Shown: positions 49,321 to 59,417 of the stretch, piece by piece
Position numbering within the stretch: position 1 is the first letter of the stretch
How the letters are laid out: each line of letters opens with the position of its first letter
IMG/VR virus record: IMGVR_UViG_3300036770_004143
Location: 124,001 to 188,000 of that record
Reading direction: 5' to 3' (one strand)
Length of the DNA: 64,000 bases
Translations under genes and position numbers: made by a program
The notes under the pieces: generated by a model
The model's input: the letters and a program-made list of their open reading frames with translations, nothing else
Told to the model about the DNA's origin: nothing
Database searches by the model: none

Positions 49321-49873
49321 TATTAAATCCCAATATATTGTACCCCCCAATCTTATGGTTGGGGGTTTTTTATTTATTAATATATTTATATATAAAAAAA
49401 TGAAAGATTTGAATAAACTCATTAAAGAAAATATACACAAGTATATTCTTTTAAAAGAGAGCCAGGAAAAAACACTAAATGAACTTTTGGGTATATTATC
49501 TAAATATGAACTTCCAGATGGGGATTATGCAATTTTTGGTTCAGCACCACTTATGGTATCAGGTATGATTGATTCAGTAAATGATTTAGATGTTATCATT
49601 AGACCATCAAAATGGCCTTTTCCTAGCAAAGGAGAATATAGAACAGATGACATTGAATTTTTTGATAATTGGCCTGGATTTGATGTTGATGATTTAATTG
49701 ATAATCATACCTTTGAATATAATGGTTTTTTATTTGTTAATTCTAGTGAGGTTATAAAATATAAAAGAAAATTAAAAAGAGAAAAAGATAAAAATGTTTG
49801 GATGTTTAAATCTGATAATAATTAAACATAGTGTTCATTGTCAATGAACGTTCAAATATAATGAACACAATAA
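49313..49873 (+). repeat. duplicated unit ends (copy 1)
   Basis: 49313-49390 resembles 49883-49958; 49786-49873 resembles 50689-50795. Confidence 0.85.
49400..49825 (+). CDS. leader-bearing nucleotidyltransferase-fold protein
   Basis: ..ILLKE leader; AIFGSAPL...NDLDVII (GS...DxD). Confidence 0.65.
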   Translation: MKDLNKLIKENIHKYILLKESQEKTLNELLGILSKYELPDGDYAIFGSAPLMVSGMIDSVNDLDVIIRPSKWPFPSKGEYRTDDIEFFDNWPGFDVDDLIDNHTFEYNGFLFVNSSEVIKYKRKLKREKDKNVWMFKSDNN

Positions 49874-49954
49874 TTTCTTACAGGTTTAGTATTAAATCCC
49901 AATATATTGCACCCCCCCAATCTTATGGTTGGTTTTTTTAGTTATTAACATATT

Positions 49955-50011
<57 letters not shown>

Positions 50012-50068
50012 TAACTTGTTTTAAAACCTGGAGGGTTATTAAAATATAACTTGATTAAAAAAAATATA

Positions 50069-50665
50069 ATGGAAAAAGAAGCATTAAAAAGAATGTTAGA
50101 GTTCTTTGAAAAAAAAGAAAATTATAGAATACCACTTAGTTTTAAACTTAAAAACAATGAACCAATAACAAAAGAAGATTTATATGTTAAAGGTGATTTG
50201 AAAATTGTCAATGGTTTTAATTTAACATCATTACCAGAAGGATTAAATGTTGGTGCTTTGCGGTTATTAAATTGCAATAATTTAACCTCATTACCAAAAG
50301 ATTTAAATGTTCGTGGTGATTTGTATTTATCAGATATGCCTATAACCTCATTACCAGAAGGATTGAAAAAAGTTTTTAGTTTATCTCTAGTTAGTTGCCC
50401 TAATTTTTCCTCATTACCAAAAGGTTTGGAAATTGAGGGTCCTTTTATTTTATTGATGTGTCCAAATTTAATATCATTACCGGAAAGATTTAGAGTTGGT
50501 CATAATTGTTTATTATCTTCTTCAAATATAACTTCATTACCAAAAGGCTTGGAAGTTTATGGTGATTTATTTATTAAGAATACAGCATTAACAAAATACA
50601 CAGATGAAAAATTAAGAGAAATGATTAAGCCTGGGTTTATAGGTGGAAAAATAATTAGACAATGA
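50069..50665 (+). CDS. LRR-8, displaced member of the LRR family (6 units)
   Basis: Same N-cap MEKEALKR.. and C-cap LTKYTDEKLREMIKPGFI. Confidence 0.9.
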   Translation: MEKEALKRMLEFFEKKENYRIPLSFKLKNNEPITKEDLYVKGDLKIVNGFNLTSLPEGLNVGALRLLNCNNLTSLPKDLNVRGDLYLSDMPITSLPEGLKKVFSLSLVSCPNFSSLPKGLEIEGPFILLMCPNLISLPERFRVGHNCLLSSSNITSLPKGLEVYGDLFIKNTALTKYTDEKLREMIKPGFIGGKIIRQ

Positions 50666-50730
50666 AAAAAGAAGCATTAAAAAGATACAAAGATAAAAAT
50701 ATTTGGATGTTTAAATCTGATAATAATTAA
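50662..50730 (+). pseudogene. chimera: LRR start fused to the duplicated 3' end of the 49400 gene
   Basis: MKKEALKRY + KDKNIWMFKSDNN. Confidence 0.7.
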
Positions 50731-50810
50731 ACATACTGTTCAATATTTATTAATGTTCATTGTCATTGAACATTCAAATACACTGAACATAATATTAAAA
50801 TAAAAATTAT

Positions 50811-51374
50811 ATGAATTTACAAGAGAACATCCAGAGAATTATGGAGGTGATGAGCCTAAATGAGGTTAAAAATATGGGATTACTATACCATTACACATCA
50901 ATGGAATTTGCAGAAGATATTATGAAGTCAAATAAACTTCTTGGATCTTTAAATGATTTTGAGGATAGAACATACAAGGTTGTATCTTTAACTAGGGATA
51001 GGAATTTCCATAACACACAATATCACAAAATGGTTGGTAAAAGTTATTTTGTTAGATTTGCATTAGATTCAGAAAAATTAAGTCAACGTTATAAGATGAG
51101 GCCAATATTTAGTTACTTTGAAAAACAAAAAGGTAAACAAAATTTATTTGGGGCAGAAGAAGGTGTTATTACAGATGAAATATTTCCATTAACAAGATAT
51201 TTGGTAAAGATTGAAATAATAAAACCATTTATGGATGCATCATTAAAAATGTATAAGAATGATTTGGAACATTATAATCTTGATAAGATGGATGAGTTTA
51301 TAAAAAAGTATGATGTAAGGCTTATAGATTTGAATAATAGGGAAGTTAAGAATGATAACATAAATGAGGATTAA
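50811..51374 (+). CDS. leader-bearing protein, possible ADP-ribosyltransferase fold
   Basis: MNLQENIQRI leader; LYHYT...VSLTRD...AEE. Confidence 0.5.
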   Translation: MNLQENIQRIMEVMSLNEVKNMGLLYHYTSMEFAEDIMKSNKLLGSLNDFEDRTYKVVSLTRDRNFHNTQYHKMVGKSYFVRFALDSEKLSQRYKMRPIFSYFEKQKGKQNLFGAEEGVITDEIFPLTRYLVKIEIIKPFMDASLKMYKNDLEHYNLDKMDEFIKKYDVRLIDLNNREVKNDNINED

Positions 51375-51398
51375 TTTGGGGGTATTAAATTTTATAAT

Positions 51399-51854
51399 AT
51401 GAATTTACAAGAGAACATCCAGAGAATTATAGAGGTAATGAATATAAATCAATACAAAGACATCCAGGCATATAGGGGTATTGGCAAAAGAATAAATGCA
51501 ACATATGGTGGGAATGATGATGGTATTGGTGTATTCTGGACTGACAATATGACAATGGCAAAATGGTTTGCTGGGTTAATTGAATATGATGTTGATACGG
51601 ATCAATATGAAACCATTTCAGAAGATGGAAAGGTTATTGAAAAAACATTAAACTTTAATAACCCATATGTAATTACAACAGATGATGAGGATTATGACGC
51701 ATTCCAGCAATATATGGATGAGATTAAAGAAACTGGTGGTGTGGAGGCCTACAAATCAAATTTAATTGATAAAGGCTATGATGGCATTATATTAGAAGAC
51801 AACAACACCAATTATTATGAAGATGGTACATACAACATCTATATAGAATTTTAA
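51399..51854 (+). CDS. leader-bearing ADP-ribosyltransferase-like protein
   Basis: AYRG...GVFWTDN..MAKWFA...NPY...GYDGII. Confidence 0.6.
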   Translation: MNLQENIQRIIEVMNINQYKDIQAYRGIGKRINATYGGNDDGIGVFWTDNMTMAKWFAGLIEYDVDTDQYETISEDGKVIEKTLNFNNPYVITTDDEDYDAFQQYMDEIKETGGVEAYKSNLIDKGYDGIILEDNNTNYYEDGTYNIYIEF

Positions 51855-51978
51855 AAAAAGGCAAAGAGGGGGGGGGGATATATAAAAGAAATTTTTTTAT
51901 TTTAGCCCCCCCCTCTCCAAATCAACCAAAACTTGATGCAATAAATTATATTTAATATATTTATATAAAAAATTGAAT

Positions 51979-52446
51979 ATGAAAAAAAATAGATTTAATC
52001 AATTATTGGAAGCAACAATGGGTGATGTTAAACCCTTGTTAATTGAATCCGAAGGTTCTCAAAATTTTGTCATTACTAATGAAACAACAGTTCAAGAATT
52101 AGAAGATTATTTATACGAAAAAATTCAGAATAGGTATAATTATGGAGAGGATAGAACTTTTAATTTTATTATTGAAGAATTAGTAGAGAATATTCTTGAA
52201 GCATCTGGCAAATCAGAACAAGAAGCAGGGTCTGTGGCTACAAAATTTGTTGAAGACAATATGACTAATAATCAAGCAAATATTCCAAATGAATATTCTG
52301 ACTATGGATTTGATGTAGAGGGTGAAAATCTATATAAAGGGAAGACTATTTTTGAATTTACTGCTGGGGGAGATGGATATGGATATGGTGGAACCCTTAG
52401 TAATTTAAATGAGTTACTAAATGATTTAAAAAAATTAAGTCAATAA
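51979..52446 (+). CDS. leader-bearing acidic hypothetical protein
   Basis: MKKNRFNQLLE..PLLIE; TATTTAT at 51958. Confidence 0.7.
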   Translation: MKKNRFNQLLEATMGDVKPLLIESEGSQNFVITNETTVQELEDYLYEKIQNRYNYGEDRTFNFIIEELVENILEASGKSEQEAGSVATKFVEDNMTNNQANIPNEYSDYGFDVEGENLYKGKTIFEFTAGGDGYGYGGTLSNLNELLNDLKKLSQ

Positions 52447-52491
52447 GGTACTATTAATGAGGAGTGAAATATTTATAATAATAAATAAAAT

Positions 52492-53172
52492 ATGAAAAAA
52501 ATAATATTAACAGAATCTGAATTAAACTTTTTGATTAAAAACATACTAAATGAAAATTTAATATTGGAATCAAATAGAAGGGGGTTAAATGTGGATAATT
52601 TAGAAAGAACTTTTGCACATTACAATCAGCTTGAATCTCGTGGAACATTCAATGAAATATTCAAGTATGAAAGGGAAAATGGAATAGAACCTATGAAATC
52701 TTTCACAAATGGTTGTGCTACCAAAGTTTCTTTGGCATTAAATTCTGCTGGACAATCATTAAACCCAACTTTTAGGGTATCAAATGGACCATTTAAAGGT
52801 AAATATGTACAAACAAGTGCTAAAGGACTTAAAGACGAATTGATGCAAAAATGGGGGCAACCAGATGTATTTATAAAAAAAGTAGAATCTCTTAAACAAG
52901 TTCAAGATAAAATTGGTCCTGGTAAGAGTGGGGTTTATATTTGCACACCATGTGGATTTAAAACATGTACAGGACATGCTGCTATTTGGTCTTGGAAACT
53001 AAATGGTAATAAAGGTGGTCCTATGGACAACACAACATATCCAGAAGTTAAAGGTGGAACAATATATTTTTGGCAAGTTGGAGAAACTGTTACTAATTTA
53101 TATGGTTGGGATGTTAATAAAGATAACATGTTAAAAACAAAGAATCAATCCAATTTTCCCCTAAATATCTAG
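52492..53172 (+). CDS. leader-bearing Tae4-like peptidoglycan amidase
   Basis: NGCATKVSLALN...TGHAAIW...IYFW. Confidence 0.65.
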   Translation: MKKIILTESELNFLIKNILNENLILESNRRGLNVDNLERTFAHYNQLESRGTFNEIFKYERENGIEPMKSFTNGCATKVSLALNSAGQSLNPTFRVSNGPFKGKYVQTSAKGLKDELMQKWGQPDVFIKKVESLKQVQDKIGPGKSGVYICTPCGFKTCTGHAAIWSWKLNGNKGGPMDNTTYPEVKGGTIYFWQVGETVTNLYGWDVNKDNMLKTKNQSNFPLNI

Positions 53173-53197
53173 GTTTTAATAAAAAAATTAATAAATT

Positions 53198-53413
53198 ATG
53201 AAAAGAATATTTAAATTAACAGAAAGTGATGTTGCAAGAATCATTAAAAAAGTTGTAAAAGAAGCCGACCCTGGTGATGGAACACCAGATGATTTTTCTG
53301 AATATGAAGGAAGAACTAACATTTATGCAAATAGTGTTAATAATCCTAAACATCTATTTAATAAAAAAAGTAAAAAACCTTTAGTTTACAACACAAAAAA
53401 CCAAAATATTTAA
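53198..53413 (+). CDS. small leader-bearing protein
   Basis: MKRIFKLTESDVARIIKKVVKE. Confidence 0.65.
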   Translation: MKRIFKLTESDVARIIKKVVKEADPGDGTPDDFSEYEGRTNIYANSVNNPKHLFNKKSKKPLVYNTKNQNI

Positions 53414-53415
53414 AT

Positions 53416-53448
53416 AAAAAACCCCCACAATAAATGTGGGGGTTTTTT
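53416..53448. terminator. bidirectional terminator
   Basis: AAAAAACCCCCACA-loop-TGTGGGGGTTTTTT. Confidence 0.9.
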
Positions 53449-53449
53449 A

Positions 53450-54256
53450 TTAAAAACTTTTTAATGTTGATTTATTAAAAGTGAATTCTGAACTATATAA
53501 ATATTCACCAAAATTTAAATCATACCAAGGTGATTCTCTATCATCACCAACAAGAATTTGAATATCTTGTGCAGGCATATAACTTTGTGCTAACATAAAT
53601 TTAACCTCACCATTTTTATTAAAACATTTATCCACAACAATTACAGCATGACCTGGAAATCCACCAACAATGAATACATCTCCAATTTGCAAATCATTTA
53701 TTGGTTTTGATTTAAGTTGTTTGCTCAATGAATATGTGTTGGCATAAGAGAAAACTCCACACATATATTTCCATAAATTATTGGTTGATGGATTTCTACC
53801 TTCTAAGAAATTAATATAATTTGATTTAAATCCACTTACATAGAAAAATTCAATTTCATTATACTTTTTTTGGGAAAACAAATATTCAGCACGTAATCTC
53901 ATAATGGCATCAGCACACTGGTGGTTAGGATTCCCCTTAAATGGCAAATTAACAACAGCACAATAGGCAGATGTGTTGGTTTTTAATGATCCATCAAAAT
54001 GTTTAACTTTTGATCCATTTGGTAGCAAAGGTAAATTTTGTAGATATTCACCAAATGAATTTTTTTTAGATTTTACTCTTACAAAACCTTCTGGTGTGTT
54101 AAACCTTGTTTTCACTACAAATCCATCTTCATTTAAGATTTGTTTTGATTTAACAATAATAGTTTCATTTTGTGCAGAACTATTACTACAAGAGTTATGT
54201 ACAAGTAAACCAATTAATACAAAAATGATTAACAAATAATTTTTTAATATTTTCAT
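53450..54256 (-). CDS. DUF4846-like lipoprotein
   Basis: Lipobox-like NSC; QCADAIMRLRAEYL, GGFPGHAVIVVD, LAQSYMPAQ. Confidence 0.75.
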   Translation of the reverse strand: MKILKNYLLIIFVLIGLLVHNSCSNSSAQNETIIVKSKQILNEDGFVVKTRFNTPEGFVRVKSKKNSFGEYLQNLPLLPNGSKVKHFDGSLKTNTSAYCAVVNLPFKGNPNHQCADAIMRLRAEYLFSQKKYNEIEFFYVSGFKSNYINFLEGRNPSTNNLWKYMCGVFSYANTYSLSKQLKSKPINDLQIGDVFIVGGFPGHAVIVVDKCFNKNGEVKFMLAQSYMPAQDIQILVGDDRESPWYDLNFGEYLYSSEFTFNKSTLKSF

Positions 54257-54321
54257 AGTTTTTTTTATAAAGATAAGTAGTCTTATTTAGATTAGCAAAT
54301 ATTGGAAAAGAGTAATTAGGA

Positions 54322-54903
54322 TTAATCATACTTATTCTTGACAGGTATTGCCAATTCCGGATAGAATATTGCAATATCCTTTCCTGTAAATATTTCATCT
54401 CTATGATTAATCTTATAATGTGGTGAATTATCAATATATATTGAATCAAAACCTTTCTCTTTTAGGGCTTCAATAAATGGTCTTGATTCCAGAACAGACC
54501 AATCGCCATCATAAAGGGCTTCTGATGCTGCTTCCTCATAATCTCTAATTCCTCCCCTTTGATGTTGGATAGTAGAGAAATCCCCAGTATCTGCTAAAAG
54601 TTCAATATACTCTGGGTCATCAGAATATTGTTCTGGGTCAAATGTATTCTTTACATTTAGATGGTAAGATAGGATTCTAACATGACCATAGTCTGGTTCA
54701 GACTTTTCAGGGTAATCAAAATTCATTGCATATCTATATGCAATTTCTTTATGTTTGGTAAAAAAGATTAATCCCCTTTCATTGATTTTTAATTCATCAT
54801 CATTAAAATTTGGGTTATCTGTTCCATGATAGTATGTATCAGAACTATCAACATTAGCTTCCATAAGGACTATAATCCTATTAATATTTTCTTGCAAGTT
54901 CAT
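54322..54903 (-). CDS. leader-bearing ADP-ribosyltransferase-like protein
   Basis: MNLQENINRI; YYHGT...IFFT...AYRYA...GFDSI. Confidence 0.6.
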   Translation of the reverse strand: MNLQENINRIIVLMEANVDSSDTYYHGTDNPNFNDDELKINERGLIFFTKHKEIAYRYAMNFDYPEKSEPDYGHVRILSYHLNVKNTFDPEQYSDDPEYIELLADTGDFSTIQHQRGGIRDYEEAASEALYDGDWSVLESRPFIEALKEKGFDSIYIDNSPHYKINHRDEIFTGKDIAIFYPELAIPVKNKYD

Positions 54904-54957
54904 AACTTATAATTTATATATAAATATTGTTAATTTAAAAAACTTGTTGCTTGGGGG

Positions 54958-55665
54958 TTATATATGATATATTAACTTTGCTTTTTGATATGCTTCTGCT
55001 GCTTCACCTGGGGTGTCAAACAAACCAAGGTGTATTATTTTTTTATTAATTTGTATTTTTGCAAGCCATTTTTTACTTGGTTTATTAAAGTAATAACCTT
55101 TAACCCCTTTTTTATTTCTATGAGTTTCACTCATTTTCTGTTTTGTTTCTTCTGAATGTGTTTTACCAAACATGTTAGTGTTACCTTTCATTGCTTCACT
55201 CAATTTCTGTTTTGTTTCTTCTGAAAAAGTTCTACCTTTCAGTGCTTCACTCAATTTCTGTCTTGTTTCTTCTGAAAGAGTGTTACCTTTCAGTGCTTCA
55301 CTTATTTTCTGTTTTACTTCTTCTGAAACAGTTTTACCTTTATTTCCTTCACTCATTTTCTGTCTAGTTTCTTCTGAGCATATTAAACCCAAACAACCTT
55401 CACCCCCATCTGTCATATTAACCAAATTCCCCAAACCCAAATCTTTCCTTCCATACTTTTCTATTAATAATATTTCAATCTTTTTTGCTTCATCATGTTC
55501 AATATCCTCATAAACAATATTCACAGTATATCCAGCTTTATTAACAATATTATGCCAATGTTTATTTCTATTATGTTTATCAAAAGCCCTTCCCTCTTCT
55601 TTACCAATACCAACATAAAACACCTCATTGGTGTCATTTCTTAAATGTTCATATACAATTGCCAT
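54958..55665 (-). mobile_element. free-standing GIY-YIG-like homing endonuclease with NUMOD3 repeats and AP2-like domain
   Basis: VYEH...FYVGIG; five SEETxQKxSE repeats (about 51 bp); KW.AKI...HLGLFDT..EAAEAY. Confidence 0.8.
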
Positions 55666-55735
55666 ATTCTTTTTTTTTGCAAATATAATTAAAATTAATT
55701 TGGTTGCAAAGCATATTTATAATTAAAAATATAGA

Positions 55736-57097
55736 ATGAAAATATTAATCAATGAGAATCAATTAAGTGATATCATAAATGAAGCAATACCTTATAAAAT
55801 TGCAAAAAAATATTTAGAATTAAATAGGAATCCAAGCATAAAAAAACATATTGATAATATGTTTAATAAGTTAAAAGAAATGCCAGGAGCAAGAGTATTG
55901 GATAAAGCTGGGGATAGGGTTGCATTCCCTTATAAACAAATTGATTTGGAAAATGAGATTAGCAAGATGCTTAAAAATAATAAATATAAATTAGTAGATT
56001 TCAATAATAATGAGGCATTAAGTGTTAAAGATATCATTGGGGAAAAACCTCAACCAATCAAAATAAGCAAAGCATTAACAATAATATCAAAAAAAAGTGC
56101 TGAGGCGGGTAGATTATTAAAATTATATAATTATACTAGAAGCCAGAGTATTAAAGACGAGGATATTGAATTTATGATTGTATTTTCAAGAAAAAAATAT
56201 GATCTTGCTGGAATGACATATGGAAGGAGTTGGCCATCAAACTGTATGCACTTGACAGATGGGGTTAATAAGGATTTCATTTTAAAAGATGTTGAAAGTG
56301 GAACAATAATATGTTATTTGATAACCAAAGATGATATAAATATAGATGATCCAATTGGTAGAATTTTAATAAAACCATTTGTTAATGTTGATGATGAATC
56401 TGATGTGATTTTATATCCAGAAACAAAAACATATGGCAATATAAAAGACACATTTAAATTTGTTAAAGATATTGATAAATATATGGATGCTGCTCAATCC
56501 ATTAAATGGAAATATGATTTAAAAAAAGGTTTATATTGTGATGGAAGGAGGAAGACTGTGTTTGGTAAAGATGCATTAAGACTTGAAGTATTAAAAAGTA
56601 TGGAACAGGGTTATTTAACAAGAGATGAAAATGAATTGGCATTGTTAACATCAGAAGATTTATATAAATATGTTAATAAGAAGATTGATAAGTTTAAGGA
56701 TAGTCCATCAGCATATAAAGAATTAGAATATGAAGATTTTAAAGTAGCAACTTCAGAGCAAATAAATCAATATTTTGATATTATCAAACAAAATAATCTA
56801 ACTGTAAATATAAATAATATTAGATTTTTGAAAAAAAGTATAATAAAAGATTATTTAGATAATCAAATTTTAAAATATAAAAATAAACTTAGAAATAAAC
56901 TTGATGAAATTGAAATTTTCTTATTAACAGATAACCAGAAAAAAGAATATTCAAATAGTGTTATTGATAGAAATGAAATGTTAGATGATAAATTATTTGA
57001 TTTACTTTCATTTGATGAAAAGGTTGATTATTTTAAAAAAGGTAATAGTTTTTCTGGGCGTCAACGTGAATTTAGAAATAAAATATTAAATAATTAA
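55736..57097 (+). CDS. leader-bearing hypothetical protein (paralog of 58154)
   Basis: MKILINENQLSDIINE; YDLAGMTYGRSW.SNCMHL. Confidence 0.75.
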   Translation: MKILINENQLSDIINEAIPYKIAKKYLELNRNPSIKKHIDNMFNKLKEMPGARVLDKAGDRVAFPYKQIDLENEISKMLKNNKYKLVDFNNNEALSVKDIIGEKPQPIKISKALTIISKKSAEAGRLLKLYNYTRSQSIKDEDIEFMIVFSRKKYDLAGMTYGRSWPSNCMHLTDGVNKDFILKDVESGTIICYLITKDDINIDDPIGRILIKPFVNVDDESDVILYPETKTYGNIKDTFKFVKDIDKYMDAAQSIKWKYDLKKGLYCDGRRKTVFGKDALRLEVLKSMEQGYLTRDENELALLTSEDLYKYVNKKIDKFKDSPSAYKELEYEDFKVATSEQINQYFDIIKQNNLTVNINNIRFLKKSIIKDYLDNQILKYKNKLRNKLDEIEIFLLTDNQKKEYSNSVIDRNEMLDDKLFDLLSFDEKVDYFKKGNSFSGRQREFRNKILNN

Positions 57098-57108
57098 AAA
57101 CATATAGA

Positions 57109-58056
57109 ATGAAAATATTAATCAATGAGAATCAATTAAGTGATATCATAAATGAGGGGTCAATAAGATTAACACCAAGTGAGAGGCAGCAGGTGGAGGA
57201 TATTCTACCCAAAGCGATTGAAGTCATAGCAGGAAAAGACCTTGGAAGCAGCACAGGATGGTGGGGGGCTTTCAAGAAAATTGGCATAATAAGAGCAGTT
57301 TCAGCGGATGGGGAAAAAATATTGATAGATATATTTGTTGGAAATAATATAAGTGATGAAACAAAAACAGCACTAGGTTACTATAATCCAAGAGATCGAA
57401 AAAACCCAAATGATAATTTCATTGTATTGCAACAACGTAACTTATCAAGTTATTTTAAAGGTCCACTAGGTATAGATTCCAAAATAGATAAATTTGCACT
57501 GGGGATAGAAAATCCTGGCATTGAGGAAGTACGAGGGGTGTTGAAACATGAAATCATCCATGCAAAGGATCCAAATATGAATCAACATTTTAAGTTTAGA
57601 TATAAGAAAGAACCAAAAAATTCAAAGGAAGAGGAAAAACTTTATTATAGTTCATGGGAGGAGTTTAAAACAATGTCAGGACAACTACTTGAAGCAATAA
57701 TTGTATGTTCAGAAAAAGCACCAAAACTAGGGATGGAAAAAAAAGATATAATCAATGGTTTAGATAATATACTAATGTTATATGCTGGCAAAACTAAAAG
57801 TTTCAATCAAAATGCCAAGGATCTTATTCAAGGCAGTGGTAAAAGGAATATCTTCCAAAAGATAATAGTAAATAGCAATATATATCAAAAATATCTAATA
57901 TCAAGCAATTATACCCCAGTGGAAACATATCATGCTTATTTGCAAAAAATAAAAGAACACAACCCCAAGGGTTATAACAGATTTTTAAGGGAATTATATA
58001 GGACAATAAATGAGGCCAAAGATATGGCAAATAAACAAGAGGCATATAATGCTTAG
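57109..58056 (+). CDS. leader-bearing HExxH protein
   Basis: Leader identical to 55736; LKHEIIHAKD...YY..WEEF. Confidence 0.7.
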   Translation: MKILINENQLSDIINEGSIRLTPSERQQVEDILPKAIEVIAGKDLGSSTGWWGAFKKIGIIRAVSADGEKILIDIFVGNNISDETKTALGYYNPRDRKNPNDNFIVLQQRNLSSYFKGPLGIDSKIDKFALGIENPGIEEVRGVLKHEIIHAKDPNMNQHFKFRYKKEPKNSKEEEKLYYSSWEEFKTMSGQLLEAIIVCSEKAPKLGMEKKDIINGLDNILMLYAGKTKSFNQNAKDLIQGSGKRNIFQKIIVNSNIYQKYLISSNYTPVETYHAYLQKIKEHNPKGYNRFLRELYRTINEAKDMANKQEAYNA

Positions 58057-58077
58057 AATACAAAAAAGTTTTTTTTT

Positions 58078-58120
58078 TAAAACCCCCAACCTTCAATGTC
58101 ATAATGGTTGGGGGTTTTTT
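58078..58120 (+). terminator. terminator of a recurring CCCCAA..TGGTTGGGGG family
   Basis: Related hairpins at about 36084, 48465, 49343 and 49912. Confidence 0.8.
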
Positions 58121-58153
58121 ATTTCTGCAGATATTTATAATTAAAATTATATA

Positions 58154-59401
58154 ATGAGAATATTAATAAATGAAACCCAGTTAAGCAACATAATAAAAGA
58201 AGCAATTCCATATAGTATTGCAAAGGAATACATAACAAGGGAAAGGAGTGATGCTGCTATTAAGTTGATGGATAATGTATTTAATAAATTAAAGAATCTA
58301 CCCAATGCAAAAGTCCTTGATAGGAGGGGAGATAGAATTGCATTTCCTTATGGTGAAACACCTTTGGAAGATGATATAAAAATGTTATTGAAAAAATATG
58401 ATTATAATGTTTTAAATTTTAATAACAATGATGCTTTAAGAATTGCCAAAACTGAAAAAGGAAATAAGGCACAACCAATAAAAATAACCAAAGCATTGGC
58501 AAATATATCAAAATTAAAAGATAAGGATGGGAATGTTATTGAACCAAAGGCAAAAAACTTTGTGGATTTATTTGCTGATGCAAAAAGTAGGGAAGGAAAG
58601 GCAATGGAAAAAAAACTTGGGCTAATTATTATATTTGCAAGACACCCATATGATATTGCTGGAATGTCTTATGGTAGAACTTGGAGGAGTTGTATGCATC
58701 TAGTAGATGGGAAATTTAGAGAGTTTGTTAAGAAAGATATTGAAAATGGTACAATTGCTGTATATCTAACAAATGCAAATGATGAAACATTATCCAACCC
58801 CTTGGCAAGGATTTTGGTTAAACCTTATGTTAATATTAAAAATGACCAGGATGTTATATTATACCCAGAGGCTAAGACATATGGAGAAATTGATAACCCA
58901 AAAAAATTCATAGATTACCTGGATTATGTTTTGGAAAAAGTTCAAAATATGGATGGGGAATATAAGTTATTAAGTTGTTTAAATCCTGATAGCACAAGAA
59001 ATATAGTTACATCAAAAAATTCTGAAACAAGACAAACTATTTTGGCTAAATTAAATAGGGGGACAAAATTAAATAACATTGAAATTAATATGATAACAAA
59101 TTCTGAGAGGGAAGAATATATTGATAAACAAATTTCAAGATATTTTAATTGGAAACCAAACTTGGATGATACTGATTTGGAAGATGTTGCCTTAACAGAA
59201 GATGAATTTAATATTACCACACCTATTGAAAAGGAAGATTATCTTGATGAAAGGATTGAGGATTTTTATAGGACAGTATTTTTACCTAATACAACAAAAA
59301 GAAGGGTTTATGCAATACATGATTTTGAAATAGATCATATGACAAATCAACAATTGCATGATTATTATGAAATAATGCGTGAAAAAGAAAAAAATTATTA
59401 A
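58154..59401 (+). CDS. leader-bearing hypothetical protein (paralog of 55736)
   Basis: MRILINETQLSNIIKE; YDIAGMSYGRTWRSCMHL. Confidence 0.75.
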   Translation: MRILINETQLSNIIKEAIPYSIAKEYITRERSDAAIKLMDNVFNKLKNLPNAKVLDRRGDRIAFPYGETPLEDDIKMLLKKYDYNVLNFNNNDALRIAKTEKGNKAQPIKITKALANISKLKDKDGNVIEPKAKNFVDLFADAKSREGKAMEKKLGLIIIFARHPYDIAGMSYGRTWRSCMHLVDGKFREFVKKDIENGTIAVYLTNANDETLSNPLARILVKPYVNIKNDQDVILYPEAKTYGEIDNPKKFIDYLDYVLEKVQNMDGEYKLLSCLNPDSTRNIVTSKNSETRQTILAKLNRGTKLNNIEINMITNSEREEYIDKQISRYFNWKPNLDDTDLEDVALTEDEFNITTPIEKEDYLDERIEDFYRTVFLPNTTKRRVYAIHDFEIDHMTNQQLHDYYEIMREKEKNY

Positions 59402-59417
59402 TAATTAAAATTATAAT

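Noticed and set aside
55130-55380. 51-bp tandem repeats as a novel array
   Set aside because: They encode NUMOD3 DNA-binding repeats of a homing endonuclease
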